A DNA stretch of 64,000 nt, taken from the NCBI GenBank assembly GCA_002269645.1, contig NIVC01000173.1, forward strand, positions 186,001 to 250,000. The letters run 5' to 3'. The stretch comes from Macrostomum lignano. Lineage: Eukaryota. The notes beneath the pieces were generated by a model. That model searched no databases and had not been told where the DNA came from. It saw only the letters and a program-made list of their open reading frames with translations. The number at the start of each line of letters is the position of its first letter. Position 1 is the first letter of the stretch. Positions 46,901 through 58,949 of this stretch are shown here, piece after piece. The position numbers and the translations under genes were made by a program.

Positions 46901-49870
46901 TTGGAAATCAGGTGACCAATTTGACCTTGACATGCTGCTCTTCATACTGACGCTGGCCGGTTAAATCCAGAGTTGACAAAAATAGTCCATATTTTCAGTG
47001 CAGATTAAGTCAACTTTTCAGGTGCATGCTGATTGTATAATTCAAGCGTGTGCCTAAACTATGTGAAGGTTAGCTTGACGTTTCACCGAATGACTATCTA
47101 AAGCATTTATCAGGCAGGAGGAATATGTGAATATGATTCGCATCATAGATATTTTTATACTGTCGTTTCCATTTTTTGATTGGCGTAATGCAGGTTGAAT
47201 TGAACTTTTCAAGCTTTTATAACAAGTAACAGCTATTCTGTAATTTATTTCACAATGTCTAACAGGTATCTCTCTGTCTAACAGGTATCCCCATATTCAA
47301 CAGGTATCACTTGTCTAACAGGTATCTCTCTGTCTAACAGGTATCACTATATCTAACAGGTATCACTATATCTAACAGGTATCATCTTATCTAACAGGTA
47401 TCATCTTATCTAACAGGTATTCCTCTGTCTAGTAGGTAGCACCTTATCTAACACGTATCAGTTTGTCTAACAGGTATCACTTTATCTAAAAGGTATCACC
47501 TTTTCTAACAGGTATCACCTTATCTAACAGATATCACCTTGTCTAACAGGTATCACCATATCTAACAGGTATCACTCTGTCCAACAGGTATCTTTCTGTC
47601 TAACAGGTATCACCATATCTAACAGGTATCACTCTGTCCAACAGGTATCTTTCTGTCTAACAGGTATCACCATATCTAACAGGTATCACCTTATCTAACA
47701 GGTGTCACCTTATCTAACATGTATCACCATGTCTAACAGGTATCCCTCTGTCTAACAGGTATCCCTCTGTTTAACAGGTATCAACCATATCTAACAGGTA
47801 TCACTCTGTCCAGCAGGTATCTTTCTGTCTAACAGGTATCACCATATCTAACAGGTATCACCTTATCTAACAGGTGTCACCTTATCTAACATGTATCACC
47901 ATGTCTAACAGGTATCCCTCTGTCTAACAGGTATCCCTCTGTCTAACAGGTATCCCTCTGTTTAACAGGTATCAACCATATCTAACAGGTATCACTCTGT
48001 CCAACAGGTATCTTTCTGTCTAACAGGTATCACCATATCTAACAGGTATCACCTTATCTAACAGGTGTCACCTTATCTAACATGTATCACCATGTCTAAC
48101 AGGTATCCCTCTGTTTAACAGGTATCAACCATGTCTAACGAGTATTTTTCTGTCTTATAATTATCACCATATTAATTTTGTAGCAGTAAAAATTATTATA
48201 CCAGGGTATTATGGCATTACAAGAAAGATTTATAATGTTTTATCAATCAAACCATCACTGTTTCATTTGAACAGGTGATTCACAAAGGCTTCCTGACTAT
48301 CAATAACAAGCACATCATGCGGGGCTGCTGCTGCTGGTTCGTCCTGTCGTCTGAGAGTCTCACTTGGTACGCGGATCAAGAGGTCAGTTTTGGTACTCGC
48401 GTAATTTTTTATTAATCTCCTCTTATCTCCTCTCTTCTCTTTCCTCTTCTCTTTCCTCTTCTCTTTCCTCTCCCCTCCTCTCCTCTCCTCTCGTCTCCTC
48501 TCCTCTCCTCTTATCTCCTCTCTCCTCTCTTCTCCTCTCCTCTCGTCTCCTCTCCTCTCCTCTCGTCTCCTCTCTCCTCTCTCCTCTCCTCTCTCTCCTC
48601 TCCTCTCCACTCGTCTCTTCCCCTCTTATCTCCTCTCTTCTCTCTCCTCTCCCCTCCTCTCCTCTCCTCTCTCCTCTCTCCTCTCTTCTCCTCTCCTCTC
48701 CTCTTATCTCCTCTCTCCTCTCTCCTCTCTTCTCCTCTCCTCTCCTCTTATCTCCTCTCTCCTCTCTCCTCTCTTCTCCTCTCCTCTCCTCTTATCTCCT
48801 CTCTCCTCTCTTCTCCTCTCCTCTCCTCTCCTCTCCTCTCCTCTCCTCTCTTCTCATCCCCTCTCCTCACCTCTCCTCTCCTTTCCTCTCCTCTCCTCTC
48901 CTCTCCTCTCCTCTCCTCTCCTCTCCTCTCCTCTCCTCTCCTCTCTCCTCTCTTCTCCTCTCCTCTCCTCTTATCTCCTCTCTCCTCTCTCCTCTCTTCT
49001 CCTCTCCTCTCCTCTTATCTCCTCTCTCCTCTCTCCTCTCTTCTCCTCTCCTCTCCTCTTATCTCCTCTCTCCTCTCTTCTCCTCTCCTCTCCTCTCCTC
49101 TCCTCTCCTCTCCTCTCTTCTCATCCCCTCTCCTCACCTCTCCTCTCCTCTCCTCTCCTCTCCTCTCCTCTCCTCTCCTCTCCTCTCCTCTCCTCTCCTC
49201 TCCTCTCCTCTCCTCTCCTCTCCTCTCCTCTCCTCTCTTCTCCTCTCCTCTCCTCTCCTCTCCTCTCCTCTCCTCTCCTCTCCTCTCCTCTCCTCTCCTC
49301 TCTCCTCTCTCCTCTCCTCTCTCCTCTCCTCTCTTCTCCTCTCCTCTCCTCTCCTCTTCTCTCTTCTCCTCTCCTCTCCTCTCCTCTCTTCTCCTCTCCT
49401 CTACTCTCTTCTCCTCTCTTTTCCTCTCCTCTCCTCGCCTCTCCTCTCCTCTCCTCTCCTCTCCTCTCTCTTCCCCTCCTCTCCTCTCTTTTCCTCTCCT
49501 CTCTTCTCCTCTCCTCTCCTCTCCTCTTCTCTCCTCTCGTCTCGTCCCTTCTCTTATCTTCTCTTATAATCTCTTATCTTACCTCCTGTTCTTTCTTTTT
49601 ATCTCCTCTTTTCTTATTTAGTCTTCTCCACTGTCTTACCTCTCCAAATCTGCACTGCAACTCTCACAGAAATCTATAATCTCTTAGAACTAAGCGAACT
49701 ATAGTTTGGAGATTGTTGCACATAAGATTGGCTACCAACTATTCAGAAAAGGCAGTTCAGTCTAAATACGGTTTCTCATGTAGCTACGAGCTAATTTTAA
49801 GCTTTGCACTTCCGTTCAATTCTGTCTTACTTCTTTGCCAAAGGCGGCAAAGCCTAAACGAAGTCCTTTG

Positions 49871-49901
<31 letters not shown>

Positions 49902-52900
49902 CACTCTACCATTTGTATTTGGAAACTATACATAACTATACATGCAAATATTATAACTTCGCTTATAATAAACAGAGCTATTATTGCATTGCCTTTGCGT
50001 TATAACAACTGAGGCTTGAATAATATTAGAGTTTCGCTACGCTGCGCATTTGCGCCGCTTGAAAATGAAGAATCAGAGCCTTCTAATTCTGCTGGAATCA
50101 ACTGCTACATTTCAACTGCCGTCGGTTGGGTAGCGGAAGAGCAGTGAAGTTTAGAAGGTAGAGGCGGAGAGACAGACCGGAGAGAAAGGAGAGAGAAGAG
50201 GGGAGAGAGAAGAGGGGAGAGAGAAGAGGGGAGAGAGGAGAGAGGAGAGGGGAAAGAGGAGAGAGGAGAAATGAGAGAGGAGAGATGAGAGAGGAGGGGG
50301 AAGATGAGAGATGAGAGAGGAGAGGGGAAAGAGGAGAGAAGAGAGATGAGAGAGGAGAGATGAGAGAGGAGAGGGGAAAGAGGAGAGAAGAGAGAGGACA
50401 GAGGACAGAGGGGAGAGAGGAGAGAGTAGAGAGGAGAGAAGAGACAGGAGGGAGGAGAATATAGATAAAAGAAAAGAAGAGAGAAAAGAGAGAATAGGAG
50501 CGCATCCTCTGGACGAGGAAGGCCAGAAGTGTTCCATAGGGCAATGTCAGATACAAACGCAACGATATGAAAGGAGCAAATACACTGCTTGAGTAGATTC
50601 AAATGGTTGAAATTCTTCTGAATGCTAAACACTGAAGAAATGTAATGAAAAGTTCAGTTTTTTGTTGCTTGTTTGACAAGTATACGAAAAGTAACTAAAA
50701 ACCAACTTAACTTCTAAACCGCGGCAATACAGGAGCGCCAGCAAAAGTACATGCTGCCCTTGGAAGGCCTTCGGGTTCGCGACGGCGAGAACCGATTGTT
50801 CAGCAAAAGAAGCGTCATCGTGCTCTTCAACGCTGATGGCAGGTTGGAGCTACGATCTGCATTAAAAACTTGAAGATTCGTAGTACTAATAGAAACATCG
50901 TATTGAAAGTCATAGTGTAACTACTGTGAGTAGAAACGGTGAAATTTAAATCTAGAAAACGTTTGAATTACCTGAACAGAAACACGTACAAAGACTGCAA
51001 GAGTCTGGAGCTTGCGGCCGAGTCAGCCGACGATGTCGACACTTGGAAGGCGGCGCTGCTTCGCGCTGGAGTTTATCCAGAGGGTGACGAGGAGGAGAAA
51101 GAGGAGGTGCGAGAAATGCAAGCAAGTGTTTGCTTTGTTACCTCACTCCGCATCCACCTCCCTCCGCACCCACCTCACTCCTCAACCACCTCACTCTGCA
51201 ACCACCTCACTCCTCGCCCACCTCACTCCTTACCCACCTCACTCCTCACCCACCTCACTCCTCACCCATCTCACTCCTCAACCACCTCACCCCTCACCCA
51301 CCTCGTTTCTCAAACACCTCACTCCTTACCCACCTCACTCCTCACCCACCTCACTCCTCAACCACCTCACTCCTCACCCACCTCACTCCTCACCCACCTC
51401 ACTCCTCAACCACCTCACTCCTTACCCACCTCACTCCTCACCCACCTCACTCCTTACCCACCTCACTCCTTACCCACCTCACTCCTCACCCACCTCACTC
51501 CTCAACCACCTCACTCCTCACCCACCTCACTCCTCGCCCACCTCGCTCCTCGCCCACCTCACTCCTCAACCACCTCACTCCGCATCCACCTCCCTCCGCA
51601 CCGTACATAATTCGTTCTCCTGTCACAGAGACTACGGATATCTATGTTAATATTTACTGCCAAGAATAAAATTATTGGATCAATACAACTCTTACTCATC
51701 AAACTCGCACTCAACCAGGCTAGAAGCAGCAGTATAGAGGAGGAAACCCTGGACCCGTCCATGGAGCGTCAAGTTGAGACAATCCGGAGTTTGGCCAAAT
51801 CCTACATGCGCATAGTGGACAAAGCGCAACGAGACTTTGTGCCAAAGACCATCATTCACATGGTGGTTAATGACGTAGGCTTTGGGATGTGCAAATTCTG
51901 TCTTAAATATGACTAATTCTTACAATTATGTCACAGTTTAGGACGGAGGTTTGTCTGGATCTAGAATGGGTTGCTTTGAATCGAGATGAGAGAATGTGGG
52001 TAAAGAGTGAGGTGGATAAGATGTGTGAAGTGGTTGAGGAATGATGCGGGTGAGGGGTGAGGTGGGTGAGGAGTGAGGTGGGTGAGGAGTGAGGTGGGTG
52101 AGAAGTGAGGTGGGTGAGGAGTTAGGTGGGTAAGGAGTGAGGTGGGTGAGGAGTGAGGTGGTTGAGGAGTGAGGTGGGTGAGGAGTGAGGTGGTTGAGGA
52201 GTGAGGTGGGTGAGGAGTGAGGTGGTTGAGGAGTGAGGTGGGTGAGGAGTGAGGTGGGTAAGGAGTGAGGTGTTTGAGAAACGAGGTGGGTGAGGAGTGA
52301 GTTGGGTGAGGAGTGAGGTGGGTGAGGAATGAGGTAGTTGAGGAGTGAGGTGTTTGAGAAACGAGGTGGGTGAGGAGTGAGTTGGGTGAGGAGTGAGGTG
52401 GGTGAGGAGTGAGGTGGGTGAGTGAGGTGGGTGAGGAGGGAGGTGGGTAAGGAGCGAATTGGTTGAAGAGTGAGGTGGTTGAGGAGTGAGGTGGTTGAGG
52501 AGTGAGGTGGTTGAGGAGTGAGGTGGTTGAGGAGTGAGGTGGTTGAGGAGTGAGGTGGTTGAGGAGTGAGGTGGTTGAGGAGTGAGGTGGTTGAGGAGTG
52601 AGGTGGTTGAGGAGTGAGGTGGTTGAGGAGTGAGGTGGTTGAGGAGTGAGGTGGTTGAGGAGTGAGGTGGTTGAGGAGTGAGGTGGTTGAGGAGTGGGTG
52701 AGTGAGGAGTGAGGTGGGTGAGGAGTGAGGTGATTGCAGAGAGAGTGATTCAGATGCGAGGCCAATACCCACCACAAAGGCACTGAAATAAAATCGCTCC
52801 CCTTCCGCCACAACGCAGCTGAGATCATTCCTGAAGACGTCGCTGCCAGTGCAGCTGTACAGCTGCTCCGACCAGGCCAGCCTGATGGAGGAATCCGAGG

Positions 52901-53238
52901 CCGAGGCGACAAGACGCGTGGAAACCGCTCGAGCCTACAAGGCCACGGTGGAAGCTCTGCGAGTTCTCAGTGAAGTCGCAATCGGGGGCTACGGCGCTAG
53001 CAGCGGCGTCGGATTCTCGTCGGGAGCTTCGACATCAGCGACAACGTCGACAGTGTCATCCGTTGGCGCGCCGCAGAGACCGCCGCCGGCGCCGCCATCG
53101 ACGCGCAAATTGTCGCCGGTGCCGCAGGCGCCGCCACCAGCGCTGCCATCGCGGCCGCCACCGAACATCACCGCGGCCGCCCTGGCCTCCGTGGCCGCCG
53201 CCACCGCCACTTCCGGCAGCTCGTCGGTGGTTCAGTGA
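40973..53238 (+). CDS. DNM: Classical dynamin (GTPase-middle-PH-GED-PRD), 13 exons, 820 aa
   Basis: Exons 40973-41136, 41296-41369, 41448-41788, 42331-42746, 43439-43571, 44570-44637, 45495-45791, 46863-46911, 48275-48382, 50733-50842, 50980-51106, 51719-51874 and 52819-53238 total 2,463 nt in frame. Motifs: [33 protein letters not shown] domain ([17 protein letters not shown]), GED ([17 protein letters not shown]) and a proline-rich tail. Confidence 0.95.
42765..43340. repeat. 41-42-bp minisatellite (CCCATATCCCAGATTTAGAATCCCTACACCCTACTCCTCTTT), dynamin intron 4
   Basis: About 13 visible units. Confidence 0.93.
43613..43905 (-). mobile_element. tRNA-derived SINE, copy 2 (intact A and B boxes), A-rich tail
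   Basis: The minus-strand head GGGGTTGTAGCCTAGTGGTTGGAGCGTCTGACTCACAACTGAAATGTCGGGGGTTCGATTCCCG carries an A box (TAGCCTAGTGG) and a B box (GGTTCGATTCC). The central GTGTCCTTGAGCAAGACA...CCAGCTGTAAAATGGGT resembles the conserved V/Meta-type SINE domains. The flanks TTTCTTATTA and TTTCTTGTTA look like a TSD with one mismatch. Confidence 0.9.
44980..45490. repeat. 20-bp minisatellite with a telomere-like core (CCCTAACCCACCACCCCAAA), dynamin intron 6
   Basis: About 24 units, each containing CCCTAA. Confidence 0.92.
45815..46805. repeat. 11-bp alternating tandem repeat (AATCTACCTGT/AATCTACTGAC), dynamin intron 7
   Basis: Directly visible 22-bp higher-order period. Confidence 0.95.
47260..48140. 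repeat. 19-bp minisatellite (TCTAACAGGTATCACCATA), dynamin intron 8
   Basis: Directly visible, with higher-order blocks. Confidence 0.95.
48410..49600. repeat. (CTCCT)n-type polypyrimidine tract, dynamin intron 9
   Basis: Directly visible. A complementary GA-rich tract lies at 50160-50500. Confidence 0.95.
51138..51602 (+). repeat. 16-bp minisatellite (CACCTCACTCCTCAAC/CCC), dynamin intron 11
   Basis: Visible units, bounded by a direct repeat CCTCACTCCGCATCCACCTCCCTCCGCACC. Confidence 0.93.
52030..52740 (-). repeat. Same 16-bp minisatellite in inverted orientation, dynamin intron 12
   Basis: GTGAGGTGGTTGAGGA units are the reverse complement of the 51138-51602 unit, and both arrays share the rare variant CACCTCGTTTCTCAAACACCTC. 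Confidence 0.93.
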
Positions 53239-55994
53239 CTATTCTGGTCATTTGGCATTGAAAATTATCGTAATGCTAAATTACTTTGCAAATTATGCTA
53301 CTTATATTGTAGTAGCATGACGCAATATTAACAGCCGTTTTCGTCTGCGCGCCAAAAACATACGCAATTATTGTAGTTTGTATCAAACAAATACAGATTC
53401 AGATTAAATATTGTACTAAATATTTGTTCCCATACTAACTGCCTCTGACTCAAATTCAAAGTTTATCATTTTTTGTTTTATCGTTGATAAGTTTAATTTT
53501 TTCACTATCACTTATCAATCACATGTGTACTTGTTCTCTGGCTTGAATTTGTAATAAAAATTTCCTGCTACGAAAAATGCAATCTCTGGTACTAATTTAC
53601 TATGAGTAGCTACTACCGAATCTATACACTCAAGACAATAGCGGAATAGCAGATCTATTTCAGCATTTTCATTCCCGTCACATGTTAACGTAAAAAAATT
53701 GTTACAGCCTGTTTCTCACAGAAATATTCTGTCTAACGTATTCTACTGATAGTAGAATCAACGACCATGGAATAAAACAGTAAAATTGACACTTCAAAGG
53801 ACATAAATTTGATTTCCTTGTTTAACATATTTTCTAAACTTCCTTGCGCTCCTCATCTCATCTTATCCAGCCCGCATTTCATTCAGTCTTTATCTTACCT
53901 TATATCATTGCATCTCATCTCATTCCATATCATCTCATCTAATCTCATCGCGTCTCATTTCATTCCATCTTATCTCACCTAATCTCATCGCGTCTCATTT
54001 CATTCCATCTCATCTCATCTAGTCTCATTGCGTCTCATCTCATATTCCATCACATCTCATCGCGTCTCATCGCGTCTTATCTCAGTCGCCCATCTCATCT
54101 CATCAGCCTCGTCGCGTCTCGTCTCAACTTGTCTTCTTTCCACAAATCAATCATAATTCTTTTATTCTTTTACTTCTATCTCTCCAAATCTCGCCCCGTC
54201 TTATAAATTTGATAAATATTTCTAGATAGCATTTGCAAAACAGCCTACTACCATAAGTAGTTTTCGCCCCAAAAAACATCGCCTTCTTGTAGCTTAAGGT
54301 TGACTATAGAAGCGATTCCATCAAGCGAGGGCACGCAGCAGAGGTCCAATTCAAGCCAGTCAGTTTATTTGACTTAAAATAAGAGTCAGAATGAGCGATG
54401 GGTGCAAAGAAAGAAATAAGAGACAGGAAAACAAATTTCTTCTTCAATGCAAAGCCCACTTTCTTCTGTCAGTCTGGCCCCCCCGTTTCGATTGAAAAGT
54501 TGAAAGAATTGACATTTCCTGCGAGCACTTACCTAATATGGAAATAGAGAGCTCTTCGCGATTTGGCTGGCTGGCTGACTGGCCGGTTGGCCAACGCGGA
54601 ACTTGAACGAAGGGAGTTGGGGACTGGCGACTCAAATTTATGTGAGAACTTTTTCACCTGCTGACTGACAGACAGCAGGTGGAGAGAAGCGGGCAGGCGC
54701 AATATCCGTGCAAAATGCGCCCTTGGGAACTGGGATGTGAGTAATTAATTCCTTCTTTGGCGGGAAGCCAGGCGGTCGTGACTCACCGCCTGAGTTCGTA
54801 ATGGGGCGGCCGGTCTGAGTCTCGCCCTTAGCTGGACTTTCTCCCACTTTCATTCCCCACTCTTCCTACATTCTCTCCTCACTTTCCCCATCTCCCTCTC
54901 TCTCATTTCTGACTCTCTCTCCTTTAATCTGATTACTGAATCTCACTCCCCTCTCTCCTCTCTCTTTTCTGACTCTCACGCCGACTCTCTGACCCTCACT
55001 CCCACTCTCTGACTCATTTCTAACTCTCACATTCACTCTCTGACCCATTTCTGACTCTCACTGCCACTCTCTGACTCATTTCTGACTCTCACTTCCCCTC
55101 TCTGACTCATTTCTGACTCCCTCTCCCTTTAATCTCATTCCTGACTCTCACTTCCACTTTCTCTTCTTCCGACTCTCACTCCCTCTCTTTTTATCTCATC
55201 CCTGACTATCCTTCCCTTTCAGGGCACTATTCGCAAAAGGAAGCTGTACTCCACACAACTACATTCAATAATTGTATTTCCAGTTGAAAAAAATTCTATC
55301 AAAGGTTTGCCATCGATAAAACAGTTAGTCCTATAGCCAAATATGGATCGCTAATCTGTATACAAACTAATAGTGCGCCCGCAACCGCAATCTCAGTATT
55401 CAGTGGTTATAATTTGGCCGGTTCATTAGGGGTCGCAATCTAGACTCAAATGAGACTAAGCCAGCTCACAGATAAGGAATTAAAGCTCCTTGTTAGCCAC
55501 CACCGCCCACACACTAAGCCTACACATGTACCCGCTCTGCTCAAGCTTATTGAGTCAAAGTCAATTAATGCAAATTTGGTGCTGGACTTGGCTGTCCAAC
55601 CCTAATGCACGCCGCCCCCCCCCCCCATTTACCTCTCTCTGTTTGACATGTTTTAGCCTCACGACCAAGGACTAGCTCTCAGGTAGTGCTTAATTATTTA
55701 ATGCTATAGTAGACTTATATAGTGTCGTATAAGGGTATATTAAGAACTATTTGTACAGGTAAAACTACTTGGATAGAACAGTCTCAGTTAGATAGAGCAG
55801 AACTTTCGTTGATGAATTGTGGCACTAAAATGAGTTTAAATCGGAGTAGACACGATAATGGGAATGAAAAGCATGCACACTGAGCTGAGCTTTTTTATTG
55901 AGATGAGGAAAGGTTTGACAGGATCGAGAGACTTAAGGGAGGGATGGAGGCTCAAAGGGGGTCGAAATGGAGAGTGAATTTCAGAGAAAAAATG

Positions 55995-56028
55995 CGGGAG
56001 AGAGAGAGAGTTAGAGAGAGGGAGAGGA

Positions 56029-56125
<97 letters not shown>

Positions 56126-56175
56126 AGAGAGAGGGGAGAGAGAGAGAGAGAGAGAGAGAGTTAGAGAGAGGGAGA

Positions 56176-56234
<59 letters not shown>

Positions 56235-56265
56235 AGAGAGAGGGAGAGGAAGAGAGAGAGAGAGA

Positions 56266-56312
<47 letters not shown>

Positions 56313-56330
56313 ATGAGAAGCAAGAATAAG
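55995..56330. repeat. (GA)n microsatellite
   Basis: Directly visible. Another (GA)n tract lies at 57905-57960. Confidence 0.97.
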
Positions 56331-57111
56331 ACAAGAGAGAAATTATGAAATGAGTCAATAAAAGGAACCACGGGCACTGCATGACTTCAATTGCCCAGCG
56401 ACACAATGTTTCCCATTTATGCCATTCCGCCTTTCCAAGAAACAATGTCCCTCCCCCGCCAATTCAAAGCAGACATACCTAACCATACCTAACCATAGAG
56501 TCATACCTAACCATAAAACTATAATTAGTTGCGACAATAAAAATTCTGTGGGAAGCTGCGCTGCATCACAGCTCTGGGACCCGGAAGAAGCAAATTAGAC
56601 AAGTGAAAGGTGGGGGAGTGGGGGAGAGAGGGGGAGACAGAGCCGCAGTGACCCAACGAGGCCCTCGATGCGGAAACCCCAGTTCAGAAGGAACCCCTGG
56701 AATTTGCGACCCAGCCAAGTCCAGAATTTCTGGCAAATCGATCGTGGCCTGTCTGGAAGGAAAAAACAATTTCTTTTACAACCTTTGACGCTGTTCTCTC
56801 AGTGGCAAGAGGAGCAAAACGTAAATTGACTTTCATTGCTGCTTTTTCAAGCTACGAAATTGATGCCGACTCTGTGTTTTTTTTGAATTAATTAATCTTT
56901 TTCTTAGCTTTGTTATAATCTTGTCTTTCTGAGTAAGGGGGTCAAATCTGGTTCACGACATTTGATGTTTAAATTTACTCAGGGCCGGCTCTGTCCTGTT
57001 GTTGTCGCTGCGAATTAATTAAAAGTGTTTGCGAGCCTGACAGGGACCTCTGTGGGCTGTGATACTTGGACTAGAAAGCGCTACGCAATCCAAATAACTG
57101 AGACCCCGTTC

Positions 57112-57513
57112 CAGGGGCGTCGCCACGGGGGGACAGGAGGACATCTGGAGACACCAAAATGGTGTCCTCGGCTCTAAAATGAGTGCCTGCGGCGCTAAAA
57201 TGAGTGCCTGCGGCGCTAAAATGAGTGCCTGTGGCGCTGAAATGAGTGCCTGCGGCGCTAAAATGAGTGCCTGTGGCGCTAAAATGAGTGCCTGCGGCGC
57301 TAAAATGAGTGCCTGCGGCGCTAAAATGGTGCCTGCGGCGCTAAAATGGTGCCTGCGCCGCTAAAATGGTGCTCGCGGCGCTAAAATGGTGCAAGTGCTG
57401 ACAACACCGATTCTGAAAATCATGTACATGTAGGAATTTAGTCATGTACAAACACATGTACAATTCTTGGCTTTGACACCCCCCTGCACCATAAAATCCA
57501 GGGTGACTCCCTT
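57112..57513. mobile_element. hAT-like MITE with an internal 21-bp tandem repeat
   Basis: 8-bp TSD CCCCGTTC at 57104-57111 and 57514-57521. Degenerate TIRs (CAGGGGCGTCGCC / GGTGACTCCCTT). Internal GCTAAAATGAGTGCCTGCGGC units at 57170-57390. Confidence 0.62.
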
Positions 57514-57906
57514 CCCCGTTCTATCAGAGACAGTTGTTATAATTTTTTCAAATTTTAATCTTTATCGAAAAGACACTTGTTCAGCGTTGAAATCTGTTGA
57601 GATATCCATGTACACGTGTAAGTAGTGTAATTTTTAGTCCAATAACGACTATCCAGAGGTCTTTGGTTCGCTGCTTCTCTCACTGTTAACTCTATTTCTT
57701 TGTATATTATTGTTATTAACATTATGGTGGTCCTTGAATTGCTGCATAAGCAACGTCTGACACTGCGGTCCTATAATTGCAATGCACATTATTATACGTG
57801 TTTACTCTAAATACATTTTTTCTACTCTCTAAATCGGGTGAGAGAGAGAGAGAGACTTTCGCTTTCTTGCATGCATGTAGGGTTGAGGCATTGTGAATCT
57901 AACAAA

Positions 57907-57961
<55 letters not shown>

Positions 57962-58949
57962 TGGCTTGCGTGTCAAGTAGAGTGTTCTGTTAACGATCAA
58001 GAAAAGAGAGGAATGGAGTGACAACCATGAGGCTCGCAAGTAGCCTTCAAGGGACTTCATTGAAAGCGAATGCAAATTCTAGTGGGCGTTATCTTCGTTG
58101 ACAGCATTTTCCTATATTTTTATTAGCCTGTTCTATCTATAGGGCATGGAGTTCTAGCATGTAGAGAGCATCTGGTAGGAAAGCTTTTGCATTATTCCAT
58201 GGGCCTAGGACTGTGTGTGTGTAACTTCTGGAACTTTTCGTTTGAAAAAATTATAGAGAGAGGGAGCGCCTCTGGTGCTGGCGCCTCTGGTGCTGGCGCC
58301 TCTGGTGCTGGCGCCTCTGGTGCTGGCGCCCCGGTCACCCTCATGATGCCACCCTCACGATGTCGCGCCCTCACGATGTCACCCCCCCCTCACAATGGCA
58401 ACGCTCCAAAATAAGCAACCCTACCCCAGCAGTCCAGACATTCATGTATTCGGCACTCTCCATGTATGAGAAAAATTCATTCGCAGCAGCTAACAGAGTC
58501 CAGCAGTCAGTTGCTGGACAAACATTTGCATTCCTCTGTGTCTGCCTGCCTATCTCTCTCTGCATGACTCTCTCAAGCGCATATCCCAAGCTCATGGTTG
58601 GTCACTCGAAACCTGTTGACAACCAATCAGAAAGCAGGAAGCTAGCTTCACGGGCGGGGTCCACCTCCGACCCCATCTCTCCACTGCTCCCTCATGCCCC
58701 CCCCCCGGAGATATAACAAGGCAGACAGACAGACAATTTCTCTTATTATAGACACATTCTTAGAAATTCCATCAGTCTCTGTAGGGACCAACGTCCCCCC
58801 CCCCAATTCTATAGTTAGGTATCGAATTACGTAATAGCAATAAATACTAGTAGCGGTCACATCAAAGGACTGGAAGAAACTGGGACAGAGAAAGGAACAC
58901 CGATTTCCCAAAGCACAATACTACCTACCTGCTACTTGTAAATCTGAGC

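Noticed and set aside
48263-56377. Long ORFs such as 48364-49569, 51012-51669, 51938-52912 and 55944-56377
   Set aside because: They are translations of CT, GA or 16-bp repeats.
58187-58911. Short ORFs upstream of hedgehog including (GASGA)n
   Set aside because: They derive from a 15-bp tandem repeat or have no coding features or splice support.
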